Shown here: positions 1-9,119 of the stretch, one piece after another
Position numbering within the stretch: the first letter of the stretch is position 1
Layout of the letters: every line of letters starts with the position of its first letter
Assembly: GCF_006345805.1 (NCBI RefSeq)
Contig: NW_021827251.1
Coordinates: 1-10,792, forward strand
DNA from: Octopus sinensis
Taxonomy: Eukaryota
Reading direction: 5' to 3'
DNA length: 10,792 bases
The notes under the pieces: model-generated
Told to the model about the DNA's origin: nothing
Databases searched by the model: none
What the model saw: only the letters and a program-made list of their open reading frames with translations
Made by a program: the position numbers and the translations under genes

Positions 1-957
1 TTGGTGAGGAAATGACCAGTGAGTGGTCAGCTCGAAAATGGTTTAAATGATTCTGCAGTGGAGACGGGAGCCTTGAAGATGGTGAGCGTAGTGGATGCCT
101 ATTTGTTATCGATGACGGTCAATTAAAGATCGTCATTGAGAAAGATCCGCGTAAAACCACTTGAGAACTGACAAAAGAACTTCAAGTTAGCTAGAAAACT
201 GCCTGCAACCATTTGCATGCGATCGGAAAAAAAAAAAAAAAAAAGCTCGACAAATGTGTACCACATGATTTGAATGAAAATTAAACAATGCGCAGATATG
301 AGATTTGCTTGTTGCTTCTTCTCGGTAAGCAGACCGATCCATTTCTCAACTGTATTGTAACTTGCAACGAAAACTGGATTCATTCAGTACAATAATAAAA
401 AAGCGCTCTTCGCAGTGGTTGGACCAAAATGAAGTACCGAAAACCTTCCCTAAACCCAAGCTCTTCAAAAGAAGGTTTGGTGGTGTTCTGCTGCACTCAT
501 CTACTATAACTTCTTAAAACCCGGAAAACCCATTACCGCAGAAACATATTGCCTGGTCAACAGATTAGGGCCAATCATTCTTCATGACAATGCTTGACCA
601 CATGTTTCACTAATGACGCTCCAGCAGTTGAGGGAACTTGGCTGCGAAGTTCTTCTCCACCCAGCTTATTCCCCAGACCTTTCTCCTACTGACTATCCCT
701 TTTCCAAGCACCTTGTTGGTTTCCTGCGACAGAAGGAATTCAAAAATTAAACCGATGCTGAAAGTGCGTTCAAAGAGTTCAACAGCTCCAGGACCACAGA
801 TTTTTATGTTACCCGAATAAACATACTTGTAACTCGTTGTCACAAATGTGTTGATAGTAATGGTACTTACTTTGATAAATAGAATTTCCGCATTGTTGAA
901 ATATATTGTGAAGAATTTCATGTCTCAAAACGTTGCTTGCTTTTGACTTAGCCTCAG
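1..957 (+). mobile_element. Decayed mariner (DD34D) DNA transposon, Hsmar1/cecropia-like; 5' end lies outside the window
   Basis: Transposase pseudogene at 3-882 is followed by a degenerate 3' TIR-like segment aaaacgttgcttgcttttgacttagcctca (927-956), resembling the Hsmar1 end AACCGCAATTACTTTTGCACCAACCTAA as recalled. Confidence 0.93.
3..882 (+). pseudogene. Mariner transposase pseudogene
   Basis: Manual translation: RKWFK*FCSGDGSLEDGERSG..DPRKTT*EL..LDKCVPHDL (WVPHEL)..IVTCNENWI (TCDEKW)..QWLDQNEVPKTFPKP..KKVWWCSAALIYYNFLKPGKPIT..GPIILHDNA*PH..HPAYSPDLSPTDY..KCVDSNGTYFDK*. Asp codons at 586 and 691 are separated by exactly 34 codons. Six internal stops (48, 162, 192, 282, 595, 748), three frameshifts between ~381 and ~466, and an in-frame deletion near 552. 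Confidence 0.95.
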
Positions 958-1121
958 AGTTTGTTTTTATTATTTGGGACTCATGTATAGTGATGCTGTG
1001 TGACTAAGATGGCGGTCTAGACAACTTGGAAATGCGATAACGATCGAGACTAAAACTACAGCAGACATTGTCACAAGCCAAGTCTTTTACAGAGACAATG
1101 ATGTCAACGACCCACGAGCAC

Positions 1122-1230
1122 CTCGACCACTGCCATTACCACTACCACCAGCACTACACCAACACCACCACCACCACCACCACCAATAACATCACATTTC
1201 CTGCTGCTACTACTACTACTACTATACTAC

Positions 1231-1281
<51 letters not shown>
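1122..1281. repeat. Compound trinucleotide microsatellite (CAC)n/(CTG)n/(CTA)n/(TAA)n
   Basis: Directly visible; long pure (TAA)n run at ~1231-1281. Confidence 0.95.
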
Positions 1282-1282
<1 letters not shown>

Positions 1283-1397
1283 CGCCTTCCGCCATACTTA
1301 AACATTAGTGGTCAGTGATCCATAAAAATGTCGTTTGCGAAGACAAACGAATTTGTCAATGAGTTGGGTTATATATCATGTAAAGTTCACACCTTAT

Positions 1398-1688
1398 CTA
1401 TATATATAACATAATATATGTATATAATATATATATAATATATATATATATATTATATATATATATATATATATATTATATATCTATATATATATATAAT
1501 ATAAATAGATTGCTAAATATATATAGACATATATATACACACACATACATATATGTATACACACACTTGTATATTTATATATATACATATATATATATGC
1601 ATATATATATATATATATATCTGTGTATGTATATGTATGTATATATAGATATATGTACATATAAATATACAAACACATATATACATAC
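1398..1688. repeat. Degenerate (TA)n/(TACA)n microsatellite field
   Basis: Directly visible. Confidence 0.9.
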
Positions 1689-1849
1689 CATGGTTGTGTG
1701 GTAAAAAAGTTTGTTTCCCAGCCACAAGGTTCCTGGTTCAGTCCCACTGCGTAGCACTTTGCACAAGTATCTTCTACGAGAGCCTTGGGCCGAACAAAGC
1801 CTTCTGAGTGGATTTGGTAAATGAAAACTGAGGGAACCCAGTTGTTTGT
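1689..1849 (+). mobile_element. tRNA-derived SINE, octopus-type
   Basis: Pol III A-box-like TGGTTGTGTGG (1691-1701) and B-box-like GGTTCAGTCCC (1735-1745) at tRNA spacing. Followed by cactttgcacaagt (resembles the ACCTTGGGCAAGT core motif) and then a simple-repeat tail. Resembles an abundant Octopus SINE from memory. Confidence 0.85.
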
Positions 1850-1850
<1 letters not shown>

Positions 1851-1927
<77 letters not shown>

Positions 1928-1931
1928 TGAC

Positions 1932-1963
<32 letters not shown>

Positions 1964-1971
1964 CGATCGAT
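1851..1971 (+). repeat. (GATA)n -> (GATT)n -> (GATC)n microsatellite at the SINE 3' end
   Basis: Directly visible. Confidence 0.95.
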
Positions 1972-2095
1972 ACATACAAACATATATATATCTTTGAATG
2001 AAAATATATGTATATACACACACAGACATACATATATATATATATATATAATGATAAATCTCAGAGCGAGTTATAAACAGTAGCGGTAACACATC

Positions 2096-2349
2096 GTGAC
2101 GCATATTTGCCATTTGAATATGGCTAACCCATAAGGGTGGATGCTACTGTAGTTTGTAGCCCCAGGAAGATATCTTCTCCTCCACTGGCTATAGACACCC
2201 TATCTGTGTCCTCTCAGTATTTGTGAAGGGAAGTCATCCTCCCCGTCTTCAACTCATGATACACACGGACCCGAGTTTCAAGGTGTTTACCTTTCATCAG
2301 CGTGTAACCCTTATGGGTTAGCCATATTCAAATGGCAAATATGCGTCAC
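2096..2349. repeat. Perfect 43-bp inverted repeat (2096-2138 / 2307-2349)
   Basis: gtgacgcatatttgccatttgaatatggctaacccataagggt and its exact reverse complement, 168 bp apart. Confidence 0.98.
2263..2305 (-). ncRNA. Minimal type I hammerhead ribozyme (intact core)
   Basis: Minus strand reads ACACG CUGAUGA AAGGU-aaac-ACCUU GAAA C-UCGG-GUC CGUGU. Stem I is 5 bp (ACACG/CGUGU), stem II is 5 bp, and stem III ACUCGGGU is short and self-complementary. Predicted cleavage after GUC, between 2268 and 2267. Confidence 0.9.

Positions 2350-2352
<3 letters not shown>

Positions 2353-2380
<28 letters not shown>
2353..2380. repeat. (TA)n microsatellite abutting the mariner 5' TIR
   Basis: Directly visible; TA is the mariner target dinucleotide. 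Confidence 0.9.
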
Positions 2381-2383
<3 letters not shown>

Positions 2384-2854
2384 GGAAGTCACAAATTATC
2401 CGCACTTTCGCCATAAGATATCGTTTTTACTATCACACTGCTTTCTGCGCATGCGTACCTATAGTTGGTACTATTGTGGTCACGTGATCGAAGTTTGAGC
2501 CTGCTAGCGCCAGCCTTCTTTGTGACTTTACAGTGTAAGCATGGCCGCTCCACTAGCAATGCTCACCAAAGAAGAAAGAGCAGCAATCCGATCAACAGTT
2601 TACGATCAACAGTGTAAGATACAGCGCTTTGCTGTGCAACAAACGGAAGCCAAGAATTCACAGCAAAACGCCGAAGCCTATTGACGAAGAGAGCTTTGTT
2701 ATTGCACGACAATGCACGCCCACACACGGCCACCCAAACCATTGACCAATTGAGTTTTGAGGTGCTGGAGCACCTTGCCTACTGCCCAGATCTTGTCCCC
2801 TTCCGACTGTTATATCCTTGAACCGCTCTATGATGGTTTGCGAGAAAAAGATTC
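2378..2854 (+). mobile_element. Second mariner relic (different subfamily, possibly irritans-like), internally deleted and 3'-truncated
   Basis: TIR-like start tatgaaggaagtcacaaattatccgcact (2378-2406). ATG at 2541 gives MAAPLAMLTKEERAAIR, then the sequence jumps to TINSVRYSALLCNKRKPRIHSK/RRSLLTKRALLLHDNARPHTATQTIDQLSFEVLEHLAYCPDLVP/SDCYILEPLYDGLREK (HDNARPH and YSPDLAPSD-like motifs, with frameshifts). No 3' TIR seen. Confidence 0.9.
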
Positions 2855-3042
2855 ATACGATAGTAATTGAGGAATGCATTAACATTAAATAACATCAAAA
2901 TTATCCGATTAATAGGTAGTATTCTTAACTTTAATATTATTTACTATTTTAATTATAATTATAATTTTCTAAGATACGTATTTATATATTTCTAGATAGT
3001 TTATAGTTTTAGTAACGTTTTTATTTCATTTTAACGGTAATA

Positions 3043-3252
3043 CATAAACAGATATTTACAAATGTGAACACAGGATATCCACCCTTCTTCTTGGTGTTAA
3101 GAATCTTACGTCTAGAAGTCAAAATCTGAAATAATTCTTCCACACACACAGATCACAACTCTCATCTCCCATTTTAGGCGCATGGCTTATTATTTCCCAC
3201 ACAATGTAATACATTTTTTCCTGTCCTTCAAGTCCCAAATAAATTTGCTAAC
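3043..3252 (-). pseudogene. Penelope-like element GIY-YIG endonuclease C-terminal relic
   Basis: Minus strand with frameshifts: VSKFIWDLKDRK/MYYIVWEIISHAPKMGDESCDLCV/EELFQILTSRRKILNTKKKGGY/CVHICKYLF. Matches the PLE pattern LSKYIWxLK..W.I....CxLC.xE...LN.....CxHxxKyL. Confidence 0.82.
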
Positions 3253-3741
3253 ACGATTATAAGACTCCTGTCCGTAGTTGTTGGAGTGGACACTTTGTTA
3301 GGTCTCCTATGATGGTTCGCGGCTGTGATAGGCCCACCTAGTCGCCTGTTGAGGGTCCGGAAGTGACCCCACCCGACCTTCTGATTGGAATCTATATTAT
3401 TAGACATACCTCATATTAGTTAGAAGCCTAACCTCCCTCAAACAGCATTAGGCCGTTTCTTTAGATCTACGCCAGAATTTAATCTGATTGAAGTATTAAC
3501 GAAACTAAGGAGTGATGGTCATGCTTAGAAAGCCTTCGCCACAAATGTGCACTTGTGGGCTCACATGGGGGTGCATAACAACATTAGCAACAATAACAGC
3601 AAAAACAAAAAGCAATACAATTATTCTGTCATTTGCAATACCATGCTGCCATCTGCAGGACGGTTTAAACACTATTAGCGTTTTAAATATCAAATATAGT
3701 TTAGCCGAATCGAATATCGAATTTAAGATACGCTCTTTTGC

Positions 3742-4048
3742 GTATTTGTATGTATGTGCCTGTTCGTTAATGTATGTGTGTTTGTGTATATATTCATATA
3801 TACGTACAGAGATATATACGCGTATATATTCATGTATTCATATATATGTATATATACATAAATACATACAAATATATATATACAGACACACACATACGTA
3901 CATATGTACATATACATAAATACATATAGATATGTTCTTTTGTATGAAAGTTTCTATGTACGTATATATTTATGCATGTGTGTGTGTGTATGTGCGCGTA
4001 TGTGTGTGTGTGTGTGTGTGTGTATGTGTTCGTGTGTGTGTGTGTGTA
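3742..4048. repeat. Mixed (TA)/(TG)/(TATG) microsatellite field
   Basis: Directly visible. Confidence 0.9.
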
Positions 4049-4162
4049 TTAGAAACAGAAAATCATCCCTTGCCAAAAAGGAACCCAATAAAAAATAACA
4101 ACCAACAAACACACACACACGCGTTTGTATCTACGTATGTATTCTTCTATACAAGAATGTAC

Positions 4163-4164
<2 letters not shown>

Positions 4165-4230
<66 letters not shown>

Positions 4231-4523
4231 TGTATGTATGTATGTATGTATATGTAATATATATATGTATATATATATATATAATATTTATATATATGGA
4301 TTAGTATATATAATATATATATATGTACCCACATAGATAGTTAGATAGATGATAGATAGATAGATAGATGATAGATAGATCGATAGCTAGATAGAAGAAA
4401 GATAGAGATATAGATAGATAGATAGATAGATTAGATATAGATAGATAGTATATATAGATAGACAGACAGACAGACAGACAGATAGATAGATAGATAGATA
4501 GAAAGAAAGATAGATAGATAGAT

Positions 4524-4596
<73 letters not shown>

Positions 4597-4612
4597 CATA
4601 CATACATACATA
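4165..4612. repeat. Compound (TA)n, (TATG)n, (GATA)n, (GACA)n, (TACA)n microsatellites
   Basis: Directly visible. Confidence 0.95.
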
Positions 4613-4873
4613 ATATTTGTGTGTGAATCGATGCATGCCTGTATTCGTAGGTGTGGCAGTGTAAGTATTGGCGTGTATGTTTGTCTATTAAGATTTCTAA
4701 ATACACACAATTGTAATTTTCATCTTGAATAGCTTGAGAGAAAAAACTAAGATATCATTCTTCATATACATATACATATATATATATATATATATAAACA
4801 CAATCGCAACAAGCATGCAAGCTTACTTAGACACACCTACGTACGTACATAGGCATATGCATAAACACATGTG

Positions 4874-4912
<39 letters not shown>

Positions 4913-5232
4913 GGAAACACACACATATATATATATAGATATGGATGTAGATATACAGCTATAGAGACACATATACATACGCACTAAATACAAATGAATA
5001 AATAATAGCGTGCGAATGTTTGTATGAATTTAAGCTTGAGTGGACAAAATAACACACACAAACACACACACACACACACACATACATAGACACACACCTA
5101 CACACACGTAATGGCCAAATGAAATAAGATGCATAGAAAAGTGAGACTGGAGTAGTTTGTCAAATCGCCAAAATGAAGGTTTGGCATAACTAGTTATGGA
5201 ACAGTTTGAAATTGCATTGAAAAAATATTTAG

Positions 5233-5262
5233 CAACAACAACAACAACAACGAGTAGTGCAT

Positions 5263-5336
<74 letters not shown>

Positions 5337-5337
5337 A
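5233..5337 (+). repeat. (CAA)n-(CAG)n-(TAG)n compound microsatellite
   Basis: Directly visible. Confidence 0.95.
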
Positions 5338-5457
5338 GATATGGTGGCTTGGGGAATTGGTGGATTTATAAATTTCTCCTTAGATTGTAATTGAAACGAA
5401 TTCTTTTTATATTTTTTTTTCTTTGTTGCTTTATTTTGTTGTGTTAGGGTAATTGCT

Positions 5458-5738
5458 AGATAGAGACAGACAGACAGATAGAGAGACAGGCAGACAGAAA
5501 GAGACAGACGGACAGACAGAAAGAGAGAGAAGCAGAAATATAGATAGATCGATCGATCGATAGATAGATAGATAGATAGATAGATGATAGATATATAAGA
5601 GAGAGAGAGATAGAGATTAGAGCTAGATAGTAGGTAGATAGATTAGGTATAGATCGAAATTGATGGAGAGAGGATTGGAGATAAGATCAAGGGATCGATC
5701 TATTGATTGATAGAATAGATAGATAGATAGATAGGATC

Positions 5739-5769
<31 letters not shown>

Positions 5770-5991
5770 TAGATATATGTAGGCACGTAGGTAGATAGGT
5801 AGATCAATCAATAGATAGAGAGACAGATGGTCAGAAAGACAAAGAAAGACAGAGAGACAGAGAAAGATGGATGGATGGATAGATGGATGGATGGGTGGGT
5901 GATGATGGATGGATGGATGGATGGATGGATGGATGGATGGATGGATGAATAGATAGATGGATGGATGGATGGATGGATGGATGGATGGATG
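5458..5991 (+). repeat. Degenerate (GACA)/(GATA) array grading into (GGAT)n
   Basis: Directly visible. Confidence 0.93.
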
Positions 5992-6340
5992 ACAAAAAGT
6001 GAGCGTGAAACAAAATGGAGAGGGGGAAATGAAAGAAGAACAAGAAGAACAATAGAAAAGAGTAAATAGAGAATTATTGAAGAGATGAAGTAAGATGATT
6101 GGTTGGAGTTTGGGGTGGGTGTGGGTGGTCGGTGATCGAGAGTGGGAGGGGGTGTTTAACGGTGGGGGTGATAGGTGGAGGGGGAATGGGGAGGGAGTCT
6201 TTAAAGGTGTTGTGTTTCCAGTGGGATGTATTCTATAATTGGAAAGTTTAATCTGAAAATCAACACACTGGATCAAATGTAGTTGAAATTAAGTGTTTTA
6301 TATTGTAAATACGGTGGGTGTATATACAAGAATGGAAAGG

Positions 6341-6356
6341 GACAGAGAGAGAGAGG

Positions 6357-6396
<40 letters not shown>

Positions 6397-6779
6397 GGTT
6401 GAAATACAGGGAAAATTTATCAAAGTACTGACTCCGTGGAAGCGTGTATATAAATACGTTTATGTGTGTGCGTGTGTGAGTCGGTGTGGGTTTGTGTGGG
6501 TGTGTAAGTATGTATATATTTAGATATGGGTGTGTGCGAGTAAGTATGTATATATGTGTGTGTATATGTATGGATGTATGTATGTTTGTATATACGTATA
6601 TATATGCATATTTATATGAATATATACATAGATTGATATATCTATATATATTCATATATATATACATATATATATGATACATGCGTATGTGTTTATTTTT
6701 ACTCCTTTAATTTAGACTTAGGTGCATATAAACTTTCTCCTGATAAGAAGTCATCCATTCATCTATAAGTATATGTATA

Positions 6780-6813
<34 letters not shown>

Positions 6814-6990
6814 GCATGCGCATACGCACACACGCGCACATGTATGTGCACAGATTGAAGCATAGGCATATTCGCACAAACAAGCACATTTTTAGCTACA
6901 GTCAGACACACACACACGCACACACACACACAGGCACACGCATACACATATGTAGATGTATATAAATATCCACTCACACATACACGCATA
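6341..6990. repeat. Field of (GA)n, (GACA)n, (TG)n, (TA)n and (CA)n microsatellites with short unique spacers
   Basis: Directly visible. Confidence 0.85.
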
Positions 6991-7123
6991 GATGTAAGTA
7001 CGTATTGTAGATTAAATAGATTCTGCAAAAGCAAACGAAGTTGAAAGAAGGAAAGAAAGAAGAAAGAAAGAAATGATAAAACGAGACGCAAACGAGGCAA
7101 GCAGCAAATTTACATTAAAACAC

Positions 7124-7129
<6 letters not shown>

Positions 7130-7207
<78 letters not shown>

Positions 7208-7565
7208 TATATTTTTATTCAGGTATATATGCATCAATACAAAAACATGGAAAATTTCATTTTTAACGTACATATACATACATATATATAATATATATGT
7301 ATATATATATGTATGTATATAAATATATATATGTATATATATACATATATATATATATATACACATATATATACATACATATATACACATATATATATAT
7401 ATACATATATATGTGTGTATATATATATTATATACATATATATATATATATATAGCTGTATAATATATACATATATATATATACATATATATATATATAC
7501 ATATATATGTGTGTATATATATATAGCTGTATCAGTGTGTATTTGTGTGCATGTATGTATGTATA
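7130..7565. repeat. (CT)n-(AT)n followed by a degenerate (TA)n field
   Basis: Directly visible. Confidence 0.93.
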
Positions 7566-7833
7566 TTTTAATTAATTGAACGAAATAAAAAGCCAGAATG
7601 AAATGAAGCGTTGGACACGGGAAGAGAAGCTAACGAACTGAAAATGAACGTGGGTTTAAGAACATGTGATTATGTATATGCGTGCAACATTTAAGCATGC
7701 ATATATGTATATATATATATATATATATAAAGTATACACACACACATACATACACACACACATATATGAATATGATTGTGTGTGAACAAATAACTTTATA
7801 TGGATACATATATATCTATAGAGAGACAGATGG

Positions 7834-7912
7834 ATAGATAGATAGATACATACATACATACATACATACATACATACATACATACATACATACATACATA
7901 CATACATACATA
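7834..7912. repeat. (GATA)n-(CATA)n microsatellite
   Basis: Directly visible. Confidence 0.95.
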
Positions 7913-8040
7913 ACTTTCTTTATTGGCCACACAGCGCTGAACATAGAGGGGACAAATACAAATGAGCTTTTCTCTTCGAAAATGAAAACAAAGGGGTTGG
8001 GGAATAAGAAAAAAGGTAAAATTCCGATCAGAAGGGATCG
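7911..8040 (-). mobile_element. Probable 3' UTR/tail of a non-LTR retroelement
   Basis: Minus strand is pyrimidine-rich and ends tgtcccctctatgttcagcgctgtgtggccAATAAAgaaa (AATAAA at 7919-7924), running into (TGTA)n. Resembles an octopus LINE/SINE 3' end from memory. Confidence 0.5.
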
Positions 8041-8052
8041 AGATAGATAGAC

Positions 8053-8149
<97 letters not shown>
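8041..8149 (+). repeat. (GATA)n microsatellite
   Basis: Directly visible, nearly pure. Confidence 0.97.
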
Positions 8150-8962
8150 CGCTCTTCCACCGTATAGAGTCGTTTAGGTGCGGCCAGCATGTAGCACCGC
8201 CTTCGTAGTCCTAACCAACCATAACATCATTTCTACTATTCCAGTCATCCCTCATTTTTATCGATCTCTGTTTGTTTTACTGCTATAAAAACAAACATAT
8301 ATAAAAGACACACAAACTATACTGACAGTTACACATTAGACAATACGGAATTGGATCACACACCTATTTACAAATGCATTCGCTCGCATACACACACATG
8401 TTCATACATAATTCTGAGCATACATACACCTATAATACAATGATAAACATATACACACTGGCTTTGTAAACCATTTTCCGTCTACAGAATTTTTTTCTTA
8501 AACTTCAGACAATAAAAGAGAAACAGCTTTCAAGAAGAATCTAACAGGACTTATATAAAGTCTTGAAAACACAAAGAAGACTTCCATTCTTGAGGTACTA
8601 AATGGCGCGTGCTTTGTTCTAGAGATCCCAGCGGAGATGTCTTCGCTTGGGGCTTTTATTCGTTGAGCAGTTTATATGTGTAAGATGAAATGTATGGTAA
8701 GGAAATACACGTTAGCCAATATGTATATATATATATATATATTATATATACACACACAGAGGTCACACATATACATATGTGTTACGTTAAGAACCGGTGC
8801 ACATTACCAGAATTTTCGACTCGAGTCAAATCTAACAAACTACTCCAAATTTCTGTTAGAATTTCCACATAAGTGGAATCAAGACTAGGCAATTAAACCG
8901 GCATCTAGTCGTATCAGTTGGTGTGTTGAAGTCAAACCAAATATTGATGTTTTGAAATCATT

Positions 8963-9021
8963 TAATACGTGTGTTTCAGGTTTGCGCAATATATAATAAT
9001 TACGTAAACTTTCCTCAGTTA
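8963..9021 (-). ncRNA. Type I hammerhead ribozyme motif (core intact, stem I truncated)
   Basis: Minus strand reads UAA CUGAGGA AAGUUUACGUAAU-uauuauau-AUUGCGCAAACCU GAAA C-ACAC-GUA UUA. Stem II has 13 positions with two A.C mismatches, stem III has 2 bp and stem I has only 3 bp. Predicted cleavage between 8966 and 8965. Confidence 0.75.
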
Positions 9022-9022
9022 T

Positions 9023-9119
9023 TTTTGAAACACATTAACTGAGGAAGATTTACTCAGTGGGTCCATTTCGTATTATATACTACGAAAACTTGAAGCATAC
9101 ATATCAAATGATTTCAAAA
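9023..9119 (+). ncRNA. Degenerate hammerhead copy (long stem I retained, core mutated)
   Basis: ttttgaaacacattaa CTGAGGA ... GAAG catac ATA tcaaatgatttcaaaa. The outer stem I ttttgaaa/tttcaaaa pairs, but GAAA has become GAAG and GTA has become ATA, so this copy is probably inactive. Confidence 0.6.

Larger units (their letters stand above)
2049..2349 (-). mobile_element. Probable Penelope-like pseudo-LTR fragment with a hammerhead and an inverted segment
   Basis: Contains the minimal hammerhead (2263-2305, -) and a perfect 43-bp inverted repeat, and is flanked by (TA)n on both sides. Minimal hammerheads and inverted pLTR pieces are established PLE traits. Confidence 0.7.

Noticed and set aside
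123-921. ORFs 123-383(-), 610-921(-) and 638-820(+)
   Set aside because: They are antisense or off-frame readings of the mariner pseudogene.
1689-1760. Genuine tRNA gene
   Set aside because: A/B boxes are present but there is no convincing cloverleaf, and the sequence continues into a SINE body.
2896-2907. caaaattatccg as the 3' TIR of the second mariner
   Set aside because: It resembles the 5' TIR in direct rather than inverted orientation and is too short.
5148-5198. 13-mer tggagtagtttgt matching 8835-8847 in reverse, and the 14-bp palindrome cataactagttatg (5185-5198)
   Set aside because: The 13-mer match does not extend and the palindrome has no supporting context; both are compatible with chance.
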